DNA of 64,000 nucleotides from Corallococcus sp. Z5C101001 (GTDB lineage Bacteria; Myxococcota; Myxococcia; Myxococcales; Myxococcaceae): NCBI RefSeq assembly GCF_007352635.1, contig NZ_VKLU01000005.1, positions 507,940 to 571,939 of the forward strand, read 5' to 3'. Shown piece by piece: positions 9,388 to 17,947 of this stretch (position 1 is its first letter; each line of letters starts with the position of its first letter). The notes under the pieces were generated by a model. It saw only the letters and a program-made list of their open reading frames with translations, ran no database searches and was not told where the DNA came from. The position numbers and the translations under genes were made by a program.

Positions 9388-10297
9388 GGCGGATGGCCCC
9401 CGGCAGCAGCGTCATGGTGCAGGGCAGCCGGCCCGGAGTCTCCCCGTCCACGTCCAGGAACACGTCGCCCGTCTCGGACTCCGCGTGGAGCGTGCGGCAG
9501 CGCAGGCGGCGCGTGCCCTTCCAGTTGACGTGGTCGCCGTTGTAGACGCCCTTCGACTTGAGGACGAAGTCGGACAGGCCGTAGTTGGACCAGAGGGTGA
9601 CGTCGAAGAGCCCGTCGTGCGTGAGCGCGTCCGGCGCGACGAACATCCCGCTGCCGAAGTAGCGCCCGTTGGCCACGGCCACCGCGGTGACGCTCACCGT
9701 CTCCGGCGCACCGCCATCCACCGTGAGGCGCACCTGCTGCTCGGTGTACTTCATCAGGCCCTTCACGGTGCCCCACATGAAGCTCAGGTTGCCGCCCAGC
9801 GCCTTGCTGCCCTGGTTCACCTCGCGGGCCACCACCGCGCTCACGCCAAACGACGCGATGTTGGCGAAGAAGCGCGTCGCTGGGTTGCCGTCGTTGTCGA
9901 TGAACTCCAGCCGCCCCACGTCGAAGGGCTCCGTCTTCTCCGTGCGCAGCCGCTCCAGCGCGGACGTCAGCTCCAGGTCCCACCCGAACGTGCGGCGGAA
10001 GTCGCCCCCCGTGCCCCGGGGCAGCAGCCCCAGCGTGGCTTGCGGGTTGATGACCTGCCCGTCGCGGAAGAAGCCGTTGGTGACCTCGTTGAGGGTGCCG
10101 TCGCCGCCCACCGCGACGATGCACTCGTAGCCGTCCTCGATGGCCTGCCGCGCCAGACGCGCCGCATCCATGCCGCCGCTGGTGAAGCCATGCCCGAACT
10201 CACCGAGCACCCGGCCCACCTGCGCGGAGATCTCCACCCATCGCTTCCCCGTCTGCCCGTTGGCGCTGCGCGGGTTGACCACGAGGAACGTCTTCAT
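9377..10297 (-). CDS. Lipid kinase of the DAGK-catalytic / YegS family
   Basis: 'FLVVNPRSANGQT...CIVAVGGDGTLNEVTNG...LGLLPRGTGGDF' is the diacylglycerol-kinase catalytic-domain signature. Convergent with cheR, overlapping it by 11 nt. Confidence 0.8.
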   Translation of the reverse strand: MKTFLVVNPRSANGQTGKRWVEISAQVGRVLGEFGHGFTSGGMDAARLARQAIEDGYECIVAVGGDGTLNEVTNGFFRDGQVINPQATLGLLPRGTGGDFRRTFGWDLELTSALERLRTEKTEPFDVGRLEFIDNDGNPATRFFANIASFGVSAVVAREVNQGSKALGGNLSFMWGTVKGLMKYTEQQVRLTVDGGAPETVSVTAVAVANGRYFGSGMFVAPDALTHDGLFDVTLWSNYGLSDFVLKSKGVYNGDHVNWKGTRRLRCRTLHAESETGDVFLDVDGETPGRLPCTMTLLPGAIRLKV

Positions 10298-10414
10298 TCA
10301 GTGCCATCTCCCTGCTGCGAGAACGGCTTGTTTACGCAATTGTGAGCCGGGGCTCCACTCCATGACCCACCAGAGGCCTCAAGGGCCCGGGGTGTTTGTC
10401 ACCCGGGGCTGCTC

Positions 10415-11131
10415 GTGATGGGCTGTCCCCTCGTCGTTTTCCCTGGATCCCGAGTGAAAGCCCCGTCCCCGACCGAGCAGCTCGCGCCCCACCGGGAGGC
10501 CACGCGAGGCCTGGACTGGGACCTGCCGGCGCTGCGCGCGGACCTGGCGGCGGCGTCGCGGCAGCCCTTCCACGAGACGCGCGCCCAGGAGGACTTCCTG
10601 CACCGCCATGACGCACCCGCCCATGATTCCCAGGGGGTGGCGCGAACGGAGCGCTTCGAGCGGGCCCTGCACCGGGTCCGGCGGTGGGCGGACGCGGGGG
10701 AGCCCCTGACGTTCGCCCGGATGGCGGAGGCCCAGGCGGAGGCGCTGGGCGGGCCCACGGGCTTTCGCACCGGGGACGCGTTCGCGCATGGAGGCGCGCA
10801 CCGCTACGCGCACACACCGGGCCTGGAGGCGGACTTCCGCGCGAAGGTGGAGGCGGACGCTCGTGAGCCCCGCCATCCGGTGGCGCATGCCACGCGGTTG
10901 TACCTGGACCTGTGTTTCTTCCATCCGTTCCCGGACGGCAACGCCCGGGCGGCGCGGCTGTGGCTGGAGTTCATGCTGCGGCGGGGCCGGCTGCCCACCC
11001 CGCCGCTGGCCCCCGTGGTGCTCTGGCCCAAGCGGCCGGGAGACGCCGTGGGCTACACCCGGATGGCGAGGTTGCTGGCGCGGAGCATCGCGGGGCCGGA
11101 CGCCCCGTGTCGCAACGAGGTGCACGGATGA
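10415..11131 (+). CDS. Fic/Doc-family protein with a variant Fic motif (HPFPDGNARAARLW)
   Basis: The core motif HxFx(D/E)GNxRxxR is present as 'FHPFPDGNARAARL', with the second Gly of GNGR replaced by Ala. The preceding helices are compatible with a Fic fold. First gene of a three-gene overlapping operon. Confidence 0.7.
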   Translation: MMGCPLVVFPGSRVKAPSPTEQLAPHREATRGLDWDLPALRADLAAASRQPFHETRAQEDFLHRHDAPAHDSQGVARTERFERALHRVRRWADAGEPLTFARMAEAQAEALGGPTGFRTGDAFAHGGAHRYAHTPGLEADFRAKVEADAREPRHPVAHATRLYLDLCFFHPFPDGNARAARLWLEFMLRRGRLPTPPLAPVVLWPKRPGDAVGYTRMARLLARSIAGPDAPCRNEVHG

Positions 11132-11793
11132 ACCCTGAGGATTCGTTGAACTCGTGGCGACAAATCCGCGCGAGCCTGGCCGCCTATGATCCGGTGGCGC
11201 TGGCCTCCCGGCTGCGAGAGGTCCTGGCCCCGTTGAAGGCCGGTGACTTCTCGAAGCCTGCGCTCCAGCCGCGCATCGAGGAGGTGAAGCAGCTGCTCTG
11301 GAGCGAGCTGGGCCCCTGGTACAACCTGAGCGGCCTCTCCCTGGGAAACGCGAGCCTGGGGGGCTACTGCTGGTGTCACTCGTTCTTCAATCAGGCGCCC
11401 GTGCCCACCCGGGACGTGGATGAGAACATCGAGCTCATGCTGGAGGCGCTGGAGCGGATTCAAGAGTATCTGGATGCATTGGACGCCGTGTTCGAAGCCA
11501 CGCGGGGTGAGCTGGCGGCGGCCGCTGGCAACGCGAAGCGCCGGGCGAGGGCGCTCGCGGACGGACTGGTTGAGACAGTGGAGGTCACCGCCAGGATGAC
11601 CGGCTGCGAGGATGCCTGGTATCGGATCGCGGAGCGGGCACTGTGGTGGTGCGTCACGGCGCTGGACCTGTATGTAAAGCCGGCCGCGGAGAAGCTGATG
11701 AACACGTGCTTCGTATTCGGGTCCTGGGTGGCGCCGTCCGAAGACGCGCTCAGGTCCGCGGCGGCGAGGGTGGCTGCGTCGGTGGCGCCGTGA
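11128..11793 (+). CDS. Hypothetical protein, paralog A of a tandem pair (conserved 'LGNxSxGGYCWCHxFF' motif)
   Basis: 221 aa. Its ATG overlaps the Fic stop (ATGA). About 40% identical to the next gene across its full length (e.g. 'LGPWYNLSGLSLGNASLGGYCWCHSFFNQAPVP...IELMLEALERIQEYL'). I recognise no known domain. Confidence 0.6.
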   Translation: MNPEDSLNSWRQIRASLAAYDPVALASRLREVLAPLKAGDFSKPALQPRIEEVKQLLWSELGPWYNLSGLSLGNASLGGYCWCHSFFNQAPVPTRDVDENIELMLEALERIQEYLDALDAVFEATRGELAAAAGNAKRRARALADGLVETVEVTARMTGCEDAWYRIAERALWWCVTALDLYVKPAAEKLMNTCFVFGSWVAPSEDALRSAAARVAASVAP

Positions 11794-12491
11794 GCAAGAC
11801 GGCCCTGGGCTCCTGGCAGCGCATTCGCGACAGCCTGGACGGCTACGAGCCGGAGAAGCTGATCCGGTTGCTGCGTGAATACCTGACGCCCCAGGTCCCG
11901 CCGGGGACGCGCAAGCTGACGGATGCGCAGCACGACGCGATGGCGAAACACATCCAGCGGCTGCTCGAACAGAACCTGGGTCCCTGGTACACGGAGACGG
12001 GCGTCTTCCTGGGCAATGAGAGCATCGGTGGCTACTGCTGGTGTCACCGGTTCTTCAGACAGAAGCCCACGCCGAACATGAGCGTTGAATACAACATCCA
12101 GCTCATGATCGACGCGCTGGAGCGCTCGCGGGAATGGCTGTTCAAGCTGGACGCCCGGTTTGAAGCGCTCCGGCGCGACCTGCCCTCGGCGCCTGATGAC
12201 ACGGACATCCGGATGCTCGCGTTGGCGGACGGACTGGTCGCGACGCTGGACATCACCATCCAGGCCACGGCCTGCGAGGAGGCCTGGTATGGCTTCGCGG
12301 ACCGGGCCCTGGGGTGGATGTTCGACGCGCTGGGGCTCCGGCCGGGCTATCAGGCCGGCAAGCTGATGAACAAGCTGTTCGCCTTCGAGTCCTGGCACGC
12401 GCCGCCCCTGGAGGAGCTGCGGGACTCGGCGGAGAAGGTGGCGGCGGCCGTCGTGGAGGACGAAGGCCGTCGTCACACCCACAAGCGCTGA
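11790..12491 (+). CDS. Hypothetical protein, paralog B of the tandem pair
   Basis: 233 aa. Its GTG start overlaps the paralog A stop (GTGA). Contains 'LGPWYTETGVFLGNESIGGYCWCHRFFRQKPTP...IQLMIDALERSREWL' and the shared 'ALADGLV-T-', 'ACE-AWY-A-RALWW' blocks. Confidence 0.6.
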   Translation: MSKTALGSWQRIRDSLDGYEPEKLIRLLREYLTPQVPPGTRKLTDAQHDAMAKHIQRLLEQNLGPWYTETGVFLGNESIGGYCWCHRFFRQKPTPNMSVEYNIQLMIDALERSREWLFKLDARFEALRRDLPSAPDDTDIRMLALADGLVATLDITIQATACEEAWYGFADRALGWMFDALGLRPGYQAGKLMNKLFAFESWHAPPLEELRDSAEKVAAAVVEDEGRRHTHKR

Positions 12492-12503
12492 AGCGCCCGT
12501 GGC

Positions 12504-13178
12504 TCAGTGGACCGGCTTCTTCTGCGTCGGGCGTGAGCCCCCCTTCACCTCGATGCGCCTTCCTTCGGACCTGGCCTGGGGAAGCTTCAGCGACACCTCC
12601 AGCACGCCGTTCTCGAAGTGCGCCTGGGCCGTCTCCGTCTCGATGCCTTCCGGGAGGGGGATGGCCCGGCGGAACGAACCGGAGCCGCGCTCCATGCTCC
12701 AGATGCCGTCTTCCTCCCCTTCCTGCTCGAAGGCGCGCTCGCCTTCGAGCACGAGCAGGTCCTCCAGCACCTCGACGCGGATGTCCTCCTGCTTCATGCC
12801 CGGCAGGTCCGCCCGAACCAGCAGGTTCCCGTCCCGCTCCAGCACGTCCACCTGCGGCGACCACAAGCCGCCCTCCGGGGCGCCACGCCCCCGCAAGCCC
12901 AGGGCGCCACCCGCGAAGTCCGTGAAGAGCTGATCCATGTCCTCCATCATCCGGCTCATCAGGCCAAACGGGCTCAGGGAGAGGACGTCACGCAACGGCG
13001 CAGGGGAATAGGACTCGCGGCGCGTGATGCCGGCTCCCTGCTTCGGCTCCTGTGCCTGGGGAGGGGACTTGGGCGCGCCGGCTTGCCTGGGACCGGACGC
13101 GCCTTCCTGGGCATTCTTCACCGCGGGCGAGGCGGGGGATGACCCGCGCGCCCCCGGGTTCGTGTTGTCGGCTGCCAT
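12504..13178 (-). CDS. Hsp20/alpha-crystallin small heat-shock protein with a long low-complexity N-terminus
   Basis: C-terminal ACD 'WSPQVDVLERDGNLLVRADLPGMKQEDIRVEVLEDLLVLEGER...FRRAIPLPEGIETETAQAHFENGVLEVSLKLP'. Start taken at MAADNTN; the track ORF extends to 13268. Confidence 0.8.
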   Translation of the reverse strand: MAADNTNPGARGSSPASPAVKNAQEGASGPRQAGAPKSPPQAQEPKQGAGITRRESYSPAPLRDVLSLSPFGLMSRMMEDMDQLFTDFAGGALGLRGRGAPEGGLWSPQVDVLERDGNLLVRADLPGMKQEDIRVEVLEDLLVLEGERAFEQEGEEDGIWSMERGSGSFRRAIPLPEGIETETAQAHFENGVLEVSLKLPQARSEGRRIEVKGGSRPTQKKPVH

Positions 13179-13347
13179 GACATCCTTTCCCCGATGAGCC
13201 CGGCCACCGCGCAGCACCGGCGAAGCAAGCAGGGACGTGATTGTCCCAGCCCAAAGCTTGCGGCGCACGGGGAGGCCATCAAGAGCCGGGCACGGCAGCC
13301 TCGTGGCAGCCCGTCAGGCCTCCGCTGTCTGTCATTGGCGGCCAGCG

Positions 13348-14235
13348 CTACGCGAGGAGGGTCGCGTCCATCACCGTGAGCGCCACCCCGCCGACACGGG
13401 CGCGCTCGATGTGGCCGGGACGGCCCGTCACCTGGATGTCGATGCGGCCCGGCTTGCCGAGCGTGTCTCCCTGTTCGATGCGGCTGTGAACCGTACCTCC
13501 CTGCGCTGGCAGGCGGAGGCTCCCGTGCTCGACGAGGTAGGCTGCCAGCGGCCCCGCGGCGGAGCCCGTCACGGGATCCTCGAGGACGCCAAAGCCTGGA
13601 ACGAAGTAGCGCGCCTGCGCCACGCTGCCCTCCTCCTTCGCCTCGCGGGTGAAGAGGTAGACGCCGCGAACCCCATGAGGCATCAGCAGCGTGTTCAACA
13701 CCGCGCCCCGGGGCGTCAGGGCCTCCAGGTCCGCCAGCCGCTTCATGGGCACCATCAACCGGTGGCCCTGGCGGATGACCGGCAGCGCCGGGTCCACCTG
13801 CTCGGCCGTGCCCCCTACGGCGGCCATCAGCGGGTCCATCGCCACGGGGTTCGGCTGCACGGGCGGCTGGGGGGTGACGATCCACACCCGCGTCTCCCGC
13901 GCGCCCCGGGGCTCCAGCTCGATGTCGAACGAACCCGCGGGGCACTCCAGCGTGTACACACCCGGGCTTCGCAGCAGGCCCTTCTCCGCGAGCAGGTGGA
14001 AGGTGGCCACGGTGGCGTGGCCGCAGAAGGCGATCTCATCCATGGGCGTGAAGTAGCGCAGGCGCACCGTGGGGTCGCCCGGGCGGGACAAGACAAAGGC
14101 GGTCTCCGACGCACCGACCGCCGCGGCGGTGCGCTGCATCGTGGGGACGTCCAACGCCGCGCCGTCGAGCACGACGCCCGCGCGGTTTCCGGCACCGGCG
14201 GTGCGGGTGAAGGCATCGATGATGTGGACCTGCAT
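13348..14235 (-). CDS. PhzF-family (phenazine-biosynthesis-like) isomerase
   Basis: 'MQVHIIDAFT...GNRAGVVLDG...ETAFV...YFTPMDEIAFCGHATVA' is the DAP-epimerase-like PhzF fold. Only the last 295 codons of track ORF 13348..15267 are credible; an alternative start is 14280. Confidence 0.8.
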   Translation of the reverse strand: MQVHIIDAFTRTAGAGNRAGVVLDGAALDVPTMQRTAAAVGASETAFVLSRPGDPTVRLRYFTPMDEIAFCGHATVATFHLLAEKGLLRSPGVYTLECPAGSFDIELEPRGARETRVWIVTPQPPVQPNPVAMDPLMAAVGGTAEQVDPALPVIRQGHRLMVPMKRLADLEALTPRGAVLNTLLMPHGVRGVYLFTREAKEEGSVAQARYFVPGFGVLEDPVTGSAAGPLAAYLVEHGSLRLPAQGGTVHSRIEQGDTLGKPGRIDIQVTGRPGHIERARVGGVALTVMDATLLA

Positions 14236-14379
14236 GGGCGGGCTCCGGGTGGCTGAAGGGGCGCGAAACGGCGCAGGCATGCTCCCCTCCCCCGCCGCCG
14301 TCAAGCGCCGACCCGGCACTCCATCGCCCATGCAGAACAGGGTTGAACCGGCCCCCTTGAACAGGCACAGCGGAGGGGC

Positions 14380-15159
14380 ATGAAACAACTGAAGACAGGT
14401 GGGTGGGGGCTGGTGCTGGGGGTGCTGCTCCATGCGAGCGCCGCCTCGGCACAGATCGTCAATGTCCAGGCGCTCTTCGACGAGAAGGCGGAGCTGGGGC
14501 CCGCCGCGTCCATCGAGCTGGGCGGCGACTGGCGCACGGGCAGCACGCGGCTCTTCACCGTGCGGGGCTCGCTGGTGGGCCAACTGCGCTCGGAGCGGAA
14601 CGTGTGGCTGGGCATCATCCGCGGGGAGTACTCGTTCGCCAGTGGCGAGCGCATCGTGAGCCAGGTCCTGGAACACGTCCGCTACCGCCGGAAGCTCAGC
14701 GACAGCGTGTCCAGTGAGGTCTTCGCCCAGCACGAATACAACGAGTTCCGCCGGCTCCAGTTCCGGGCGCTGCTGGGCGCCGGGCCCCGCGTCGTGCTGT
14801 TCAACGAGGACGCCACGGGGCTCACCTTCGGCGTCGCGCTGATGGTCGAACACGAGCGGCTGCGCAAGGACGGCGAGGCGGACGCGGGCGACCGCTACAC
14901 GGATCCACGCGTGTCCAGCTACCTGCTGGGCCGGCTGAAGTTGATGGAGAACATCCAGCTGGTGGAGACGGTCTATTTCCAACCGCGCGTCACGCGCCCC
15001 TCCGACCTGCGCGTGCTCAACGAGACGCTGTTCGCGGTGACGCCCAACCCCCGGGTCACGGTGGGCATTGGCTTCAACCTCACCTACGACAGCGCGCCCC
15101 CCGCGACGGTGCCGCCCCTGGACACGCAGCTGCGCACCACCGTGGGGGTGAAGCTCTAG
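14380..15159 (+). CDS. DUF481-like outer-membrane beta-barrel protein (YdiY family), with signal peptide
   Basis: Signal peptide 'GWGLVLGVLLHASAASAQ'. Alternating beta-strand pattern through to a C-terminal 'TVGVKL'. RBS GGAGGGG 2 nt before the ATG. Confidence 0.65.
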   Translation: MKQLKTGGWGLVLGVLLHASAASAQIVNVQALFDEKAELGPAASIELGGDWRTGSTRLFTVRGSLVGQLRSERNVWLGIIRGEYSFASGERIVSQVLEHVRYRRKLSDSVSSEVFAQHEYNEFRRLQFRALLGAGPRVVLFNEDATGLTFGVALMVEHERLRKDGEADAGDRYTDPRVSSYLLGRLKLMENIQLVETVYFQPRVTRPSDLRVLNETLFAVTPNPRVTVGIGFNLTYDSAPPATVPPLDTQLRTTVGVKL

Positions 15160-15184
15160 AAGTGCCTCGGCGTCGCGGGTCCGC

Positions 15185-15868
15185 TCATGGCGAACCGAAG
15201 TAACGCCGCAGTCCTCGCTGTCCCGTGGGCGTGACGGTGAGGCCCCGGGAGTCGGGCTGACGTTCAACCCATCCCAGCGCGAACACCCGCGAGGCGAGCG
15301 CGGCCCCCAGCGCCCCGGCGAGGTGGTCGCGCCGCTCGCTCCAATCGAGACACCGGTGGGCGAACTGGCGACGCTGTTCGCGCAGCGGGGCCACCTCGAT
15401 ACCGAAGGCCGTGAACCAGTCCTCTCCCGTGTCCGTCAGGGCGAAGGCCCTGCGCCGGAGGGACAGGTGCCCGGCCCGCAGGAGCGCGTCGGTGATGTCC
15501 ATCCCCAGCCTGCCCGCCAGATGGTCGTAGCAGTAGCGCGCGGCCCGCAGGGGCTCCGGTGTCGCGGAGGCCCGAGGCCCCCGGACCGCCACCGCCATCA
15601 TCGCTTCCACCATTCGCGCCACGGTGGGTGTGGCGATCCGGAACACCTTGTTGCGGCCCTGGCGCGTGGAGCGAAGCAGCCGGGCCCCCTCCAGCCGCTG
15701 GAGGTGCGCGGTCGCCGTCGCCGGACTGACGCCGGTGCCGAACGCGAGCTCCTTCGCGACGAGCGCACGCCCCTCCATGAGCAGCTCCAGCATCCGGATC
15801 CGCGTGGCGTCGCCCACCGCGCTGGCGAGCGTCGCGAGGTCCGGCCCTGCATTCATCGTTCGCTCCAT
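15185..15868 (-). CDS. ArsR/SmtB-family HTH transcriptional regulator with C-terminal extension
   Basis: 'DATRIRMLELLMEGRALVAKELAFGTGVSPATATAHLQRLEGARLL' is an ArsR winged helix. Divergent from the P450 gene. Confidence 0.7.
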   Translation of the reverse strand: MERTMNAGPDLATLASAVGDATRIRMLELLMEGRALVAKELAFGTGVSPATATAHLQRLEGARLLRSTRQGRNKVFRIATPTVARMVEAMMAVAVRGPRASATPEPLRAARYCYDHLAGRLGMDITDALLRAGHLSLRRRAFALTDTGEDWFTAFGIEVAPLREQRRQFAHRCLDWSERRDHLAGALGAALASRVFALGWVERQPDSRGLTVTPTGQRGLRRYFGSP

Positions 15869-15930
15869 GACGAACCCTTTCCTAGCACCGAGGCCTGAAG
15901 AACGACGAGAGTCTCCGCGAGCGAGGCCCC

Positions 15931-17064
15931 ATGAGACCGCCCACCGACCCGTATCTGGCCGTCACCCATCCCGACCCCTACCCGTTCTACGCGGGGCTTC
16001 GTGCCAGGGGAGGACTGCACCGCATCGAAGGGTTCGACCCGTGGATCGCGGCGGACGGAGCCACGGTCCGGGCCGTGCTCACCAGCGAGCACTGCCGGGT
16101 GCGGCCTCTGGCGGAGCCCGTCCCCCCGCACCTGGGCGGCACCGCCGCGGGCGCGCTCTTTGGACGCCTGGTGCGCATGAATGACGGAGGGCCGTTCCCC
16201 ACCGTGAAGCGGGCCCTGGCGAGCTCGCTGGAAGAGATGATGTCGGCGCTGGAAGCAGAGAGCCGCCGCTGGTCCGCCCGGCTCTTCGCGGAGCCCTCCA
16301 TCGCGCTCCTTCCAACCCGGGCACTCCAGCTGCCTGTCTTCGTGCTCGGCACGCTGCTGGGCCTTCCAGAGGACGGGCTGGACGCGTGCGTGCGGGACGT
16401 GGAGGCCTATGTCCGCTCGGTCGTCCATTCCCAGGCGGTCAGCGAGGGGGCGGCGAGCGCCGCGCGGCTGACCGGGCGCGTGGAGGACTGCGCCCAAGCG
16501 AGGCCAGCACTGCTGAGCCGCTTCTCCGCGCGAATGCAGGAGGGCGGTGCGCCAGCCGAGCTGCGCACACCCAACGCGGTGGGACTGCTCACTCAAGCCT
16601 ATGAGGCCACGGCGGGGCTCCTGGGCGCGTCGCTGCTCGCCATTGCCAGGATGCCGTCGCTGCGGACGCAGCTCGCACGCCGTGAATGCACCATGGAGGA
16701 CGTGGTGCGGGAGGCGGCCCGGCACGAATCCCCCGTCCAGAACACCCGGCGCTTCGTCCACTCGCGGGTGTCCGTCGCGGGCCAGGAGCTGGAAGCAGGT
16801 GCGACCGTGGTCGTCGTGCTCGCGGCGGCGAATCGCGATCCCCAGGAGAATCCCCGGCCCGACGACTTCCTGCCCCGGCGCGTGGACCGCCGGACCTTCA
16901 CCTTCGGCCTGGGTACTCACGCCTGTCCAGGCCAGCGGCTGGCGGAGACCATGGCCGTCGCGGCGGCGGAACAGGTGCTCGCGAGCGGCCTGGACCTGTC
17001 TCCCCTGTCGGGCCCCGTCACCTGGCGCGCTTCCACCAACACCCGCATCCTGAGAGGACCATGA
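15931..17064 (+). CDS. Cytochrome P450
   Basis: Heme-binding loop 'FGLGTHACPGQRLA' (FxxGxHxCxG) and 'ESPV' (ExxR-like) motif. 377 aa. Confidence 0.85.
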   Translation: MRPPTDPYLAVTHPDPYPFYAGLRARGGLHRIEGFDPWIAADGATVRAVLTSEHCRVRPLAEPVPPHLGGTAAGALFGRLVRMNDGGPFPTVKRALASSLEEMMSALEAESRRWSARLFAEPSIALLPTRALQLPVFVLGTLLGLPEDGLDACVRDVEAYVRSVVHSQAVSEGAASAARLTGRVEDCAQARPALLSRFSARMQEGGAPAELRTPNAVGLLTQAYEATAGLLGASLLAIARMPSLRTQLARRECTMEDVVREAARHESPVQNTRRFVHSRVSVAGQELEAGATVVVVLAAANRDPQENPRPDDFLPRRVDRRTFTFGLGTHACPGQRLAETMAVAAAEQVLASGLDLSPLSGPVTWRASTNTRILRGP

Positions 17065-17408
17065 TGATCGCTGTCATTTTCGAAGCCTGGGCTCACGAGG
17101 ACCACCATCAGCGGTACCTGGACCTGGCCGCGTCCCTGCGTCCCCTGCTGGCAGGCATGGATGGCTTCATCTCCATCGAGCGCTTCCAGAGCCTCAGCGA
17201 GCCCGGCAAGCTGCTGTCGCTGTCCTACTGGCGCGATGAGGCGGCAGTGGCGGAGTGGCGGCGGCTGGAAGCCCACCGTGAAGCACAGCGCGAGGGCCGG
17301 GAGGGGGTGTTCAACGACTACCGGCTGCGCGTGGCGCACGTGCTGAGGGACTACGGATTGAAGGACCGGGCGGCCGTGCCCGCCGACAGCCGCACCGCGC
17401 ACGACTGA
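17061..17408 (+). CDS. ABM-domain monooxygenase-like protein (translationally coupled to the P450)
   Basis: Its ATG overlaps the P450 stop (ATGA at 17061-17064). 'MMIAVIFEAWAHEDHHQRYLDLAASLRPLLAGMDGFISIERFQSL' matches the ABM / YdhR-like fold. Confidence 0.7.
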   Translation: MMIAVIFEAWAHEDHHQRYLDLAASLRPLLAGMDGFISIERFQSLSEPGKLLSLSYWRDEAAVAEWRRLEAHREAQREGREGVFNDYRLRVAHVLRDYGLKDRAAVPADSRTAHD

Positions 17409-17528
17409 GACGGCGACCGCACCGCGTCCATCTCCCCGGCCCTCCGTCCATCGGGCCGCGTGCGCGGCCGCCTCTCCGGTCGCGTGCGGGCAACGACTCC
17501 CCACCTTCTCCAGGGGGTGCACTGCACG

Positions 17529-17927
17529 ATGAGACACGAGCGTTGGAGAGGAGTCGGGGGACTGGCGGCCCTGTTGCTTGGGCTCCCCGTGCTGGGTCAG
17601 AGCGGAGGCATCCCCGCGGGAGCGCCCCAATTCTCCTGCTTCGAGGCGGCCCGGGCGGGCGGCGCGGTGACGGACACCCTCGCGGCCCAGCTCTGCCAGG
17701 GCGCCCGCTCCGACTCGCCAGCCCGGTGCTTCCAGCGCGTCCAGGCGGGAGGCTTCCTGTCGGATCCGCAAGCGCTCCAGCTCTGCCAGTACGCCACGCC
17801 CGAGGACGATCCCGCCTCCTGCTTCTTGAAGGCGAGAACATCCTCGTTCGTGGACGAGACCCAGCTCTTGCAGCTCTGCCGACCGCCCATCGCGGAGATG
17901 CTGCAACTGTGCCCCTACGGCCCCTGA
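17529..17927 (+). CDS. Small secreted Cys-repeat protein (4x '..QLCQ..' repeats)
   Basis: Signal peptide 'GLAALLLGLPVLGQ', then four 'A/L-QLC-Q/R ... C-F' repeats with eight Cys. Confidence 0.55.
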   Translation: MRHERWRGVGGLAALLLGLPVLGQSGGIPAGAPQFSCFEAARAGGAVTDTLAAQLCQGARSDSPARCFQRVQAGGFLSDPQALQLCQYATPEDDPASCFLKARTSSFVDETQLLQLCRPPIAEMLQLCPYGP

Positions 17928-17947
17928 ACCGCGCCCACTGGCTTCAT

